A stretch of 64,000 bases of DNA from Octopus sinensis (lineage: Eukaryota), in assembly GCF_006345805.1 (NCBI RefSeq), contig NC_043019.1, positions 30,999,360 to 31,063,359 of the forward strand, given 5' to 3'. The translations under genes and the position numbers were made by a program. This document shows, in pieces, positions 1 to 12,925 of this stretch. Below the pieces are notes generated by a model. The model was given only the letters and a program-made list of their open reading frames with translations. It did not search any database and was not told the origin of the DNA. Numbering within the stretch: the stretch's first letter is position 1; the number at the start of each line of letters is the position of its first letter.

Positions 1-250
1 TTATCGATCACTCTTGATTTTTTTTTATCTTTCTCATTGTACAATGCACGTCCTAAATACTTAGATTACTTTTCATGAGAACAATAACCAGGAAGCAAGA
101 ATTGCTAGTTCCAGTATTCCATATTCTGTAACCCGCTATGCAATTTTTTTCAAAATGATTTCTTAGAGAAGAATATGAAAAACATAAACAAAATAAATTG
201 AAAACCGTTTATTATATTCTCAACATCATTCTCTCTCACTTTCAATCAAT

Positions 251-252
251 CA

Positions 253-304
<52 letters not shown>

Positions 305-365
305 GTGTGTCTGTGTGTCTGTCTGTGTGTCTGTGTGTGTGTCTGTCTGTTTGTCTGTCTGTCTA

Positions 366-429
<64 letters not shown>

Positions 430-466
430 CCTATCTATCTATCTATCTATCTGCCTATCTATCTAG

Positions 467-544
<78 letters not shown>

Positions 545-546
545 GC

Positions 547-609
<63 letters not shown>

Positions 610-610
610 C

Positions 611-662
<52 letters not shown>

Positions 663-699
663 CTATCTACCTATCTATCTATCTATCTATCTGCCTATC

Positions 700-744
<45 letters not shown>

Positions 745-770
745 GCCTATCTATCTATCTATCTATCTAC

Positions 771-837
<67 letters not shown>

Positions 838-869
838 CTATCTATCTATCTATCTACTATCTATCTATC

Positions 870-914
<45 letters not shown>

Positions 915-915
915 C

Positions 916-1007
<92 letters not shown>

Positions 1008-1049
1008 ATATCTATCTATCTATCTAATCTATCTATCTATCTATCTATC

Positions 1050-1091
<42 letters not shown>

Positions 1092-1115
1092 TTATCTATC
1101 TATCTATCTAGCTAT
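251..1115. repeat. (TCTA)n/(TCTG)n microsatellite block
   Basis: Directly visible tetranucleotide array; it produces the spurious 346 aa and 368 aa ORFs. Confidence 0.98.
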
Positions 1116-1365
1116 CTGTCTCTTTCCCCCCTTTTCTCTCTTTCATTTATCCTCCCTCTTTTCTTTTGTCTGTATTTCTTTATCTTCATCACATGTTCAT
1201 TGTCTTATTGGGAATGCATATATATGTATACACACTAAAACACACAAACACTCACACACACAAACACAAACACAAATGCATACACACACATACATAAAGA
1301 GAAAGAGAGGCATAGGTAGAGAGAGAGAGAGAGGCATAGGTAGAGAGAGAGAGAGAGGCATATGT

Positions 1366-1402
<37 letters not shown>

Positions 1403-2157
1403 CATGCAGTTGATAGAAAGGTACAGAAAGAGAGAAGTAAAGAAAGTGGGTGAAGGCATGAAAGGAAAGTAGACACAGAGACTGACAGCAACAGACAGAC
1501 GTGTACATGGTTATTTTCCAAACTCGCCATTATAATGTCTATCAAATATATTTAATTTCTTGCTGCTATATGTTATTACTTTGGCTGTTGATTACCCAGG
1601 TGTATGACACTCTGACTAATGATACTTCAGCTTGTGTAATGACATATATTAAAGTACATAAACTCCACTCTACATTTGTATTGAGCACACTTTCTTTGAG
1701 ATATCCTAAACATCATCACCAGCAGTAGCACCCCGACTTCCTACGCAACCGCTGAGCCGGATGCACATTCATCCACCCGTTGATGCTTTCGGTGTTGGGG
1801 GTTGACCTGCTTTCTCTTCTGTGGGTCTTACGAATAGCAAAGGACTACGTTTCGGACTTCTCCCACTATAGACAATCCTGAGGCATGATCTTGCGAGCTC
1901 TGGGTCGAAGACCGCTTCGCTCAACAAACAAGCAGCAGCAGCATTTAATGTCTGCTTTCCATGCCATACCAGATTCCATAATCAGTTTAGGCTTGGATTC
2001 TATGGCTGGATGCTCTTCCTAAAGCAAACCACTCTACAAGTGTACTGGCACCACTGGACTACCAATGGTTTCATGTAAACTGGGATCTCTTTACAGTTTT
2101 CAAGTCTGCCACATGGAATGTTGGTTCTCATCTCCATGTATATATATATACATATAT

Positions 2158-2324
2158 ACAACGGGCTTCTTTCAGTTTCCATCTACCAAATCCACTCACA
2201 AGGCTTTTGTCGGCCCGAGACTATAGTAGAAGACACTTGCCGAAGGTGCCACGCAGTAGGACTGAACCCGGAACCATGTGGTTGGTAAGCAAGCTACTTA
2301 CCACACAGCCACTCCTACACCTAT
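2158..2324 (-). mobile_element. SINE family A, tRNA-like head fragment
   Basis: Reverse complement of the family A head (GAGTGGCTGTGTGGTAAGTAGCTTG...GGGTTCAGTCC...GGAAACTGAAAGAAGCCCG). Confidence 0.9.
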
Positions 2325-2924
2325 GTTATATTTACGTCTTTGTGTGTTTGTATATATGAATAATGGCAAAGACATGCATATATTGGAAAGGAATTTGCTG
2401 AGAAAGTTGTATCTCAAACAAAACATCTTGTAGTATTTATTCTGCATGAGTTGCTTTTAACTGAGAAAATACCAGTCCATCCAAAACTACCATGAATAAT
2501 GGTATTGTTCCCAGAATTCATGATTATATAAATGAAGAGGTGATTTACAAAAATAATTTTATATAACTGATTAGAGTATTAACAAGTATTAGCAAAAACT
2601 GCTAAGAATTTTTAAATGTGAAACTGCATATTTTTATAAATTAGCTCATTAATCTTTAGGCTCTTAAGGTGTTATAGTTTATCCAATTTAATTCTTCTTG
2701 CTTGAAGCATCATGTTAAATTACAGAAAGATAATTAGATGAATCTGGCATGAACTGCAGTGAGATCTGTTATTACAACAGTTTTAACACCCTCGTTCAAA
2801 TCTGTAAAATTATCATGCTAATTTTCTCATTTTAATGAGGTGGCTCACCCCTCTGATGCCTAGTGTTAATCATATTAATACAAATTCTCTTTTCTTTTCA
2901 ATTTTGTTTTTCTTTATGAATAAG

Positions 2925-3064
2925 GTGCAGGAGTGCTGTGTGGTAAGTAGCTTACTTACCAACAACGTAGTTCTGGGTTCAGTCCCACTGCGTGGCACCT
3001 TGGGAAAGTGTCTTCTACTATAGCCTTGGGCCGACCAAAGACTTGTGAGTGGATTTAGTATATG

Positions 3065-3096
<32 letters not shown>

Positions 3097-3335
3097 TATA
3101 TATGTATGTATATGTGTGTGTGTTTGTGTGTCTGTGTTTGAACCCACAACATCGCTTGACAACCGATGCTGGTGTGTTTGCGTCCTTGTAACTTAGCGGC
3201 TCGGCAAAGAGACCGATAGAATAAGTACTAGGCTTACAAAGAATAAGTCCTGGGGTCGATTTGCTTGACTAAAGGCGGTGCTCCAGCATGGCCACAGTCA
3301 AATGACTGAAACAAGTAAACGAGTAAACGAGTGAA
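2925..3335 (+). mobile_element. SINE family A, full-length copy (tRNA head, CCTTGGGCAAG-type motif, central (TA)n(TG)n, LINE-like 3' tail)
   Basis: A/B-box-like head, internal microsatellite and 3' ...GGCGGTGCTCCAGCATGGCC...TGACTGAAACAAGTAAA tail; more than 30 related copies or fragments in the window. Confidence 0.92.
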
Positions 3336-3395
3336 GAGTAAGTCTCAACCCCTTAGTATTTAAACCAACCATACCCAGCCCTTACATGTGACGTG

Positions 3396-3770
3396 TGCTG
3401 AAAAGTTTCAGAAGGATCAGTTAATTATGACTTCATTCAACATATCCCTCTTTCAGATTCACATACTTATTGCAGTGATCCTTCACGTTTTCTAAGCCAT
3501 ATGAAAGATCTTGGAAAGTCAGGCCCCTAACCAGGTCTTTTGTGATCTCTTTAAAGTCTCGAACTTTCCAGCACCCCTTTTTTACTTGCCTAGTCATCAC
3601 AAACCACCATTATAGTCTCCTTGCCAATACAGACCACTATGAAGGGCTGCTGAAAAGTTCCTGATTTGGGGTGAAGGAAAATACTGAAGGATCACTTAAT
3701 TATGGTTTTATCCAACATATTCCCCTCTCAGATTCACACACTTATTGTAGCAATCCTTTCCACAATTGTC
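3396..3770 (+). mobile_element. Two adjacent copies of a Tc1/mariner-like MITE
   Basis: Left end GGGCTGCTGAAAAGTTCCTG (3640s) is roughly complementary to right end GAACTTTCCAGCACCCC (3560-3578); the interior CAACATATTCCCCTCTCAGATTCACA occurs in both copies. Confidence 0.6.
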
Positions 3771-4552
3771 ATAAGGCCTGGAAATTTTGGGGAGAGGGCT
3801 AGTTGATTACATCAATCCCAATGCTCAACTGGTAATTTATTTTATTGACACAGAAAGAATAAAAGACAAAAATGAACCTTGGCAGAATTTGAACTCAGAA
3901 TGTAACGATAGACAAAACACCACGCAACACTTTTTTTTATTTTTTACAATGTGCTAGCAGTTCTGTCAGATCGCTACTTTAATTTCAGATATAATAATAA
4001 GTTATAATATATATATGATAAATGATTGAAGTTTTATACACTAAAAGACTTTGTCAGCAGAAATGGTATAACAAAAGAATAGTTATTTGATGATAGATGA
4101 TAAGTTTTATAGGTGTTTATTGGCATCGGTGATTTATATTCCTGTCAAGAAAGATAGAAAATTCTTTTAACGTAATAACTTCCAGCTGAAGATGAAAAAT
4201 GAAGATGGTATTTATGGGAGCCCATTAAAAATGACTTAAAGTGTAATATTTAGTTTAGTTTAGCCAGCATTAGTCTCTATTGTCCAATTAAAAAACTTCA
4301 CAGTTCTGTGCAATTTATGCTGCCAAACTTTAAATGTTCTTACTCTTTTTGCTTTATTTATCATTATTTTCCACCAGAAGACACAGCTAACATTCAGTTT
4401 TGTACAGAAAATCTTAAATGTCTTTTGTGTTGCATTTATAATGTTTCCTAGTGGAAAAAATTGCACCTTTAGTCAAAGTCTGGATATGTTAAATTTATGG
4501 TAGACAAGATGCCAAAAATATCATGAGTCTCCTGTCATTTATATTTTAGGTG

Positions 4553-4770
4553 AGAAAGGCAGCAAGCTGGAAGAAATGGTAGTACACCGGGTGAAATACT
4601 TACCGATATTTCGTCTGTCTTTACATTCTGAGTTCAAATTCCACCAAGGTTGGCTTTGTCGTTCATCCTTTTGGGGTTGATAAATTAAGTACCAGTTGCG
4701 TACTGGGGTCGATCTAATCAACTAGCCCTCTCCCGCCAAATTTTGGGCTTTGTGTCTAGAGTAGAAATGT
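4553..4770 (+). mobile_element. SINE family B (tRNA head plus Meta-domain-like middle)
   Basis: GAGTTCAAATTCC B box, then CATCCTTTTGGGGTTGATAAATTAAGTACCAG core shared by about 10 copies in the window. Confidence 0.85.
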
Positions 4771-5679
4771 ACATTTTAGGTGAGAAAAAAAAGAACTAAG
4801 GGGAATGATCCAAATTGCCTATGATACAGGTAGGTGCTGATGTACTGAATAATTCATGCAAAAACAAAAACTTCTTAAGAAATTGAAATTTGCCTCATAG
4901 TTGGGGAAAAGAATTAAAAGAAAAACATCGCAATAATTGTTATCAACTCAAAAGAAAGGGAAGATAATTACAAAAAATTAATTAATTTTACAGAATATTT
5001 AATATTCCTGCTTCAGGAGTAAAAAACAAAAAAAAACTCTCCAAGACATAAAAAGAAACCCCATCAAAGAAAGGGGAAAAAAAAAAACAAAAAGCAAAAA
5101 ATCACCTGCAAACAAAACATGAAATTTTAATATTCCACAAGATTAATTAATTCTTAATTTCTTTAAATTATCTTTCCTTTTAACTAAAAGTCACTCACAA
5201 TTATGGTTACTTCTTAATTTCTTTCTTTCAATGAAGAAGAAAATTTCCTCTCTTCATAATTGCCGGTGTGGGTGTGTGGTAAAAGCATTGTTTCTTAACC
5301 GCATGGTTTTGGGTTCAGTCCCATCACATGGCACGTTGGGTGTCTTCTGCAGTGTTTTTGGGCTGAACAAAGCCTTGTGTGTGGATCTGGTGTTCAGAAA
5401 CTAAAAGAAACCTGTCATAAATATATATATACATAAATACACACATGCACACACAGACACACACACATACACACATACACACATATAAAAGGTGTTAATT
5501 GGACGATCAGAGAGCAACTATTGTTCTTACATCTATAAAGTGCTCAGGTGTATAGGGTTGCCTATGTGGTTAGGTGCTTTGTAGGTACAAAGCCAATGGT
5601 CAGTTTCTGACCAACTATAACTAACTCTTTTCAGATATAGGAACTACTGACCTATATATGTATATATATATATATAAAA

Positions 5680-5705
<26 letters not shown>

Positions 5706-5710
<5 letters not shown>

Positions 5711-5993
5711 GTACCAAATGAAATAAATGAAAAACAAGACTCAAAGGATGTTGCGGTACATATGTTCGAGCTTTATAGAACAACTTATTCTTACATCAAT
5801 GCATAATCGACATAACAGATAGTTCAAAAGCCCTCTTCAGCCGCATGCAATTGCTACACCAAGAGGGCTTTTGAACTATCTGTTATGTCGATTATGCATT
5901 GATGTAAGAATCAGTTGTTCTATAAAGCTCGAAACATATGTACCGCAACATCCTTTGTGTCCTGTTTTTCATTTATTTCATTTGATACATATA
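5706..5993. repeat. ~130 bp inverted duplication (23 nt spacer) of an HHR-bearing element end
   Basis: Arms 5706-5837 and 5861-5993 are reverse complements with only a few differences. Confidence 0.95.
5753..5844 (-). ncRNA. Type I hammerhead ribozyme fold, probably inactivated (GAAA to GAA)
   Basis: Minus strand reads GCGG-CTGAAGA-GGGCTTT...AAAGCTC-GAAC-ATAT-GTA-CCGC; the plus-strand arm keeps GAAAC but lacks GCGGCTG. Confidence 0.75.
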
Positions 5994-6166
5994 TCCTCTC
6001 ACCTATGCTACTAGCTAGCATATACAGGTGCTTACATTTATCAAGTATTCACTCTGAATTTGTTATATATATATATATATATAATAATAAATATTAGGGA
6101 ATGAATCCAAAATTACAGGGAAAAAATCAGATTTAGGGTTAAATCCAATTTTATAGTAAAATATTA

Positions 6167-6345
6167 TATAATATAATTCGAGACAAAACCACTATTTTAA
6201 AACCAAACAGGAAAGACTAATCAATACATAAAATTTAATATAAATAAATAAATAATTTATTTAATTTATATTAAAATTTCATGTATTGATTAAGTCTTTC
6301 CTTGTTTGGTTTTAAAATAGTGGTTTTGTCTCGAATTATATTATA
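6167..6345. repeat. ~85 bp-arm AT-rich palindrome
   Basis: ATAATTCGAGACAAAACCACTATTTTAAAACCAAAC... is mirrored by ...GTTTGGTTTTAAAATAGTGGTTTTGTCTCGAATTAT. Confidence 0.9.
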
Positions 6346-6359
6346 TATATATATATATT

Positions 6360-6572
6360 GCCAGCCTCATCTGGCACCTATGCCGGTGGCACGTAAGAAG
6401 CACCCACTACACTCACAGAGTGGTTGGCGTTAGGAAGGGCATCCAGCCGTAGAAACATTGCCAGATCAGACTGGTGCTGGTGCAGCCTTCTGACTTCCCA
6501 GACCCCAGTTGAACCGTCCAATCCATGCTAGCATAGAAAGTGGATGCTAAATGATGATAATGATGATGATGA
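6360..6572 (+). mobile_element. Family C non-autonomous element (RTE-type, (GAT)n tail)
   Basis: GGCGTTAGGAAGGGCATCCAGCCGTAGAAAC...CCATGCTAGCAT...AAATGATGAT. Confidence 0.85.
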
Positions 6573-6899
6573 TATAGATGTTTACAATATCAGGACTTTA
6601 ACACACATGGATCTATGCAGGATTGTACCTAAGGACTTATGGACTTATTTCTACAACATTGGAAAGTTGAACTGTTAACTTTTATGCTTCTTTTTTCTTT
6701 TCTCTCTTCATCTCCTTATTCCTTTACTCCTGTCCTCTATGTCATCATTTCATCAAGCTATACCCTTCTCATTTTCTCTATTTGTCTCTCATGATGGAAT
6801 ATCCCATACTCTGAGATATCCCAGAAATAGCTGTAAAACTTACAATTTTTTTCCAATAATAATAATAATAATAATGTATATGACTTGAGATGTTTGCCT

Positions 6900-7299
6900 T
6901 GCTTTGTGGTAATTAGCTTGCTTACCAATCACAGGGTTCTGGGTTCATTCCCACTGCATGGCATCTTGGGCAAATGTCTTCTACTATATCCTCGGGCTGA
7001 CCAAAGCCTTGTGAGTGGATTTGGTAGACGGAAACTGAAAGAAGCCTGTCGTATGTATGTATATACATATTTGTATGTGTGTGTATATGTTTGTGTGTCT
7101 GTGTTTGTCTCCCCAACATCGCTTAACAACCAATGCTGGTGTATTTTTGCCCCCGTAACTTAGCGGTTTGGCAAAAGAGACCGATAGAATAAGTACTAGG
7201 CTTACAAAGAATAAGTCCTGGGGTCGATTAGCTCGACTAAAGGTGGTGCTCCAGCATGACCTCAGTCAAATGACTGAAACAAGTAAAAGAGTAAAAGAG

Positions 7300-7300
<1 letters not shown>
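6900..7300 (+). mobile_element. SINE family A, full-length copy
   Basis: Same head/microsatellite/tail layout as 2925-3335. Confidence 0.9.
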
Positions 7301-7334
<34 letters not shown>

Positions 7335-7485
7335 TCATACACACACATATATATGCATGTATAAATATATATATATACATACACACATATATATATGCAT
7401 GTATAAATATATATATATATTATATATATATATTATATATCGGGAGAATTCACGAAAAAAATATATACTTATATATATACATATA

Positions 7486-7822
7486 CAGCCTCGTCTGGCA
7501 CCTGTGTCGGTGGCACATAAAAAACACCATCCGAGCGTGGCCGTCTGCCAGCCTCGTCTGGCACCTGTGTCGGTGGCACATAAAAAACACCATCCGAGCG
7601 TGGCCGTTTGCCAGCCTCGTCTGGCACCTGTGTCGGTGGCACATAAAATCACCCACTACACTCTCGGAGTGGTTGGCGTTAGGAAGGGCATCCAGCTGTA
7701 GAAACACTGCCAGATCTGACTGGACTGGTGCAGCTTTCGGGCTCCCCAGACCCCAGTTGAACCGTCCAACCCATGCTAGCATGGAAAGCGGACGTTAATT
7801 GATGATGATGATGATGATGATG
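7486..7822 (+). mobile_element. Family C element with three 63 bp tandem units
   Basis: CAGCCTCGTCTGGCACCTGTGTCGGTGGCAC unit starts at 7486, 7549 and 7612; (GAT)n tail follows. Confidence 0.9.
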
Positions 7823-8122
7823 ATATACAAATATATATATATATATATATACATACATATACATATATACATATATATATATTAATGTGTATGTGTGTGT
7901 GTGTGCATATATGTATACATGTGTATGTATTTGTGTCTTCTTCTGTAGACATTGTGTGATACTCACAAGCAGTGTCATTTGTTTCCAATATTCTTAGAGA
8001 ACATGTCTGACCATGAGAAAGTATTAGCTTGCTATGAAACAGCTGAGGGTTAGCAACAGGGAGGGCATCCTGATGTAGAAAATCTGCTTCAGAAAGCTCT
8101 GCTCTAGAAAAGTGGACATCAA

Positions 8123-8161
<39 letters not shown>

Positions 8162-8660
8162 GTGATGACCATGACAGCAACAACGACAATGATGATGATG
8201 ATGATTGCTTCAATCAGCTCTTTGCAGCTGGAATGACTATTTGCTTTGGTGCTGATGTGCGTACCCTTAAATAACGTCTCCCCCTCGACATGTTATTTGG
8301 AGACGATTGTTTAAAAGCAAATTGAAGAAGACTTGTGATAGGAAAAGTGGTAAAAATTTACATTTTTATAATAAAAAAGAGACAGAATCAAGATAACCAG
8401 AAGCATGCTGTGTCGAAAGGTTACCAAAAAAAAAATAAATAAAATGAGAAATCATGGAATAAAAGAAAATTATATTCTTTCTTTTTTCTCCATTCAATCT
8501 TCCTACTATCTTTCTCCAACTCCTCATCCTTCTCCTCCTCCTACTCATCGTTGTTGTGTTGTTGTTGTTGTTGTTGTTCTTCGTCTTCTTCTTCTTCTTT
8601 TTCTTCCAACATATGGCTAGTATGATAACTGGGCAATTGCCTTCTGCAATAGTCCTGGGA

Positions 8661-8780
<120 letters not shown>

Positions 8781-8790
8781 TTATCTGTCC

Positions 8791-8864
<74 letters not shown>

Positions 8865-9339
8865 ATATATATATATATATATATACTTACTTGGAAATGA
8901 ATGTGTCTCAGTTTCCTTCTATGTTATATGTTTTGCTTTCCATTTCTTATATATATATATATATATATTATATATATTATATTATATTATATTATATACC
9001 ATCTATTATATATATATGTATGTATGTTTGTGTATGTGTATATGTGTATAAGTGTGTGTGTGTGTGTGTGCATGTGTAGGTGTGTGTGAGTATGATTTTG
9101 TTTGCATTTGTGTTTCCACCACTTGCCAACTGACAGTAATTGTTCCTGCAGCTTTGCAGTTTGGTGAAAGAGACCCAACACGTTAGCATGTAAACTGGTC
9201 ATGTCCAGGCCAAATATTTTACCTGTTTTATGTTCAAATCGGTCATATTCAGTTTCTCACACCTACCCTACAATGTCACTCTAAATCTAAATGATCAAAG
9301 CTATGAGATAATACACAATGAATTCCAAACAATATGAAT

Positions 9340-9780
9340 TGAAGCTGTGATACCAGTGCAGGTGGCACATAAGCGAACCATCGGAACGTGGCCATTGCCA
9401 GTGCCACCCCGTTGGGCCTCCATGCTGGTGGCATGTAAAAAGCACCATCTGATCATGGCTGTTACCAGCCTCGCTTGGCCCCCCGTGCCAGTGGCACGTA
9501 AAAAGCACCATCCGACCGTGGCTGTTTGCCAGCCCCGTCTGGCACCTGTGCCGGTGGCACGTAAAAATCACCATCCGATCGTGGCCGTTGCCAGCCCCGT
9601 CTGGCACCTATGCTGGTGGCATGTAAAAAGCACCCACTACACTCATGGAGTGGTTGGCTTTAGGAAGGGCATTCAGCCAGATCAGACTGGGCCTGGTGCA
9701 GCTTTCTGGCTTCCCAGACCCCAGTTGAACTGTCCAACCCATGCTAGCATGGAAAGCAGACGCTAAATGAGGATGATGAT
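9340..9780 (+). mobile_element. Family C element with about 5 diverged tandem units
   Basis: Repeated GTGGCACGTAAAAAGCACCA units, then family C body and GAT tail. Confidence 0.85.
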
Positions 9781-9825
9781 GAATAAATAAACGTTATGTT
9801 TTACAGAATAATTCAAATGTTAAAT

Positions 9826-9932
9826 GGGTTGGTTTTGCGACACTGGTGTAGGTTACAGCTGTGTACTCACTGTGTATGGCAAATAAAGTGAGTACACAGC
9901 TGTAAACTACACCAGTGTCACAAAACCAGCCC
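9826..9932. repeat. 46 bp-arm hairpin, 15 nt loop
   Basis: Arms 9826-9871 and 9887-9932 are complementary with 3 mismatches. Confidence 0.92.
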
Positions 9933-9959
9933 TCTCAAAAGTACATTGGATCGTAGGGT

Positions 9960-10510
9960 GACATGCCATGCTTGAGGAGACCTATTGAATCAAGTCCATC
10001 AAAATCAAATCAAATGGAAATTGTAGTTGTGATCCCTGTGTCGGAAGCACGTAAAAAGCACCATCTGTACGTGGCCGATGCCAGTGCTGCCTTGACTGGC
10101 TACCATGCCAGCGGCATGTAAAAAGCACCATCTGATCATGGTTGATGCCAGCTCCTCTGGCTCCTTGTGCTGGTGGCACATAAAAAGCACCCACTACCAA
10201 AATCAAAAATAAAATCATAATCAAATGGAAATTGTAGTTGTGGCCAATGCCAGTGCCATCTGACTGGTTCCGATGCCAGTGGCACATAAAAAGCACCCAC
10301 TACACTCTTGGAGTGGCTGGCGTTAAGAAGGGCATCCAGCTGTAGAAACACTGCCAGATCAGATTGGGGCCTGGTGCAGCCACCTGGCTTCCCAGACCCC
10401 AGTCAAACCCTCCAACCCATGGCAGCATGGAAAATGGGTGTAAAATGATGATGATGAGGATGATGATGAGGATGATGATAAGGATTATGATGATGATGAT
10501 GATGATGATG
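9960..10510 (+). mobile_element. Family C variant with internal duplications
   Basis: Duplicated CAAATGGAAATTGTAGTTGTG segments, tandem units, family C body and GAT tail. Confidence 0.75.
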
Positions 10511-11254
10511 TTAAAGGGTTAAATAAAAAAGTATTGGGTGGATTTGTTCGACTAAACCCTTCAAAGAAATGCTCTGTTATGGCTGCAATCCAATGACTGA
10601 AACAAGTAAAGAATAAAAGTTGACACACAAATAGACTAGAAAACAGGAAAAATGAAGCTATTTAGGAAATATTGGTGAGAAAATGAAGCAGCACACAAGA
10701 GCCTTAAGATCATAAATATTGGAATGTTGTTTAACAAAATGACGGGAATATGACTTTGAAAATTTTAAATAAATAATGTAAGATACCATTCCCGAGATGA
10801 TATGACAGTGATAAAATTCATTTAGAATAATAGAAGTTTCAGTCTTTGATCCCTTGAGGGCAAAAAAAATGTTCCATTATATGAAATGTTGATGTGAAAG
10901 TAGAATGGTCTATATTTATGTAAACATTATTGAAGGATATAAAATATTTTTGTAAGCTATATTTGAAGCAGTTATGGGAAGTGATTTAAAAATAAATGTA
11001 CTCTTCTCAGCAGGGGACTAATATTTGTTTTCAACCCTGGCTGAGCATGCTTCTTTTTTCTTTATTTATTTTTTTCGTTTATATATTTTTTGTTTATTTA
11101 TTTTTCATTTATTTATTTTTGTTTATTTATTTTTTCTTATTTATTTTTGTTTATTTATTTTTTCTTATTTATTTTTGTTTATTTATTTTTTGCTTATTTT
11201 TGTATATTTTTTGCTTGTTTACTTTTTGTTCATTTTGTTTGTTTGTTTATTTCT

Positions 11255-11700
11255 TTATCTTTTACTTGTTTAAATCATTAGAATGTGGCCAAGCTGGGGT
11301 ACTTCTTTTTAGTACTGAATCAGCCCTAGTATTCTACTTTTGTTTTTAAAGGCTAGCACTTATTCTATAAGCCTGTTTTGCTGAACTGCTAAGTTTTAGA
11401 GATGTAACACTCCAATACCTGTTGTGGAGCAGTGGTGGAAGACAAACACAGAAACACACACACACACACACAGACACACACACAGACACACAGACACACA
11501 CACACACACACACAGACACACACACACACACACACACAGACACACACAACAGGCTTCTTTCAGTTTGTGTCTACCAAATCCACTCACAAGGTTTTTGTCA
11601 GCCTGGAGCTATAGTAAAAGACACTTGCCCAAGGTTCCATGCAGTGGGACTGAACCTAGAACCATGTGGTTGGGAAGCAAGCTTCTTACCACACAACTAC
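11255..11700 (-). mobile_element. SINE family A, full-length copy; T-rich expanded tail extends to about 11050
   Basis: Reverse-complement family A with central (CA)n. Confidence 0.85.
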
Positions 11701-11925
11701 ACGGTGCCTAGTTTATTTATTTTGCAAACATAGTGTGAATCTAGGACAACATTTTCTACTTTACTTGATCCTCTTTTACATGTTGCAGTCATTGAGTTGT
11801 GGCCATGCTGGGGCACTGTCTTGAAAGGTTTTGATTGAATGAATTGCCCTCAGAATTCATCTTTTTAGCGTGTTGTGCTTATTCTGCTGGTAACTTTTGT
11901 TGAACCACTTAGGGGATGTTAACAA

Positions 11926-12400
11926 TCATCATCATTCATCATTGTTCGACTGTGGTCGAGACAATGGAATTTACCATGCTACGCCAGACTTCACGGTCCA
12001 TCATAGATTTACGGAGGTCCTGTTGCTGGATGCCTGTATCCCTGGAGATTACATCAGGGTAGGAGAGTGTGTGCCCTCTGGTATTGCGAGTAGATGGCTT
12101 CCAGAGGAGAAGAGTAGAAATTGCCTCATTTTCAGCTCTACAACAATGTCCAGCAAACTGGACTCTCCTACCTTTCACAAGAGATGACACAGTAGGTAGT
12201 TTCCCATATATTTGTATTTTGGTTGGATGATGCTTCCATGAGAGATTTTGAGCTCTCATAAGGAGGTGAGTGTAGGTTCCATCCAACCGCCTCTCAAGCT
12301 TCTTTGATAACGTCCAGGTTTCTGAGCCATATAGTAGAATTGGTTCGACTGTGGCTTTGAAGATTTCAAGTTTGAAGTCTCTACTTAGATTTGATGACCA
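11926..12400 (-). mobile_element. 5'-truncated RTE-clade LINE 3' end with 11 bp TSD, inserted in a family A relic
   Basis: ORF 11939-12286 (...RRVQFAGHCCRAE...DREVWRSMVNSIVSTTVEQ*); upstream in the same frame reads FKATVEPILLYGSETWTL, typical of RTE; (GAT)n tail; TSD GATGTTAACAA at 11915-11925 and 12401-12411. Confidence 0.9.
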
Positions 12401-12629
12401 GATGTTAACAAACCAACACCAGTTGTCAAGTTACCACATTTCTGTGACAATGCACTGCTTGTTTTTCAGTTAATCTTTAAAATAATAATGGATTTAGTAA
12501 ATTGCTTTTGTCATTAATTCGATATTTGGAACAAATTAACATGAAAATTTGATGGAAGGTTTTAATTTAGATCTCTTTAAAACAGGAAATTTGTTGTAAA
12601 GAACCCAAGGCAGTATCAGGCTGATTGGT

Positions 12630-12925
12630 TCGTCCATCCATCCATCCATCCATCCACCCATTAAACCATCCCCCCACCGACCCATCCATCCATCCATCCA
12701 TCCATCGATTCATCCGTCCGTCCGTCCGTCTGTCTGTCCGTCCGTCCATCCATCCATCCATCCATCCATCCACCCATCCATCTACACATCCATCCATCCA
12801 TCCATCCACCCATCCATCTACCCATCCATCCATCCACCCATCCATCCACCCATCCATCTATCCATCCATCCACCCATCCACCCATCCATCCATCCGTCCA
12901 TCCGTCCGTCTGTCCGTCCGTCCGT
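12630..12925. repeat. (CCAT)n/(CCGT)n microsatellite
   Basis: Directly visible. Confidence 0.97.

Noticed and set aside
198-1413. 346 aa and 368 aa ORFs
   Set aside because: Read-through of (TCTA)n; the same applies to all [16 protein letters not shown] and DGWM ORFs in the track.
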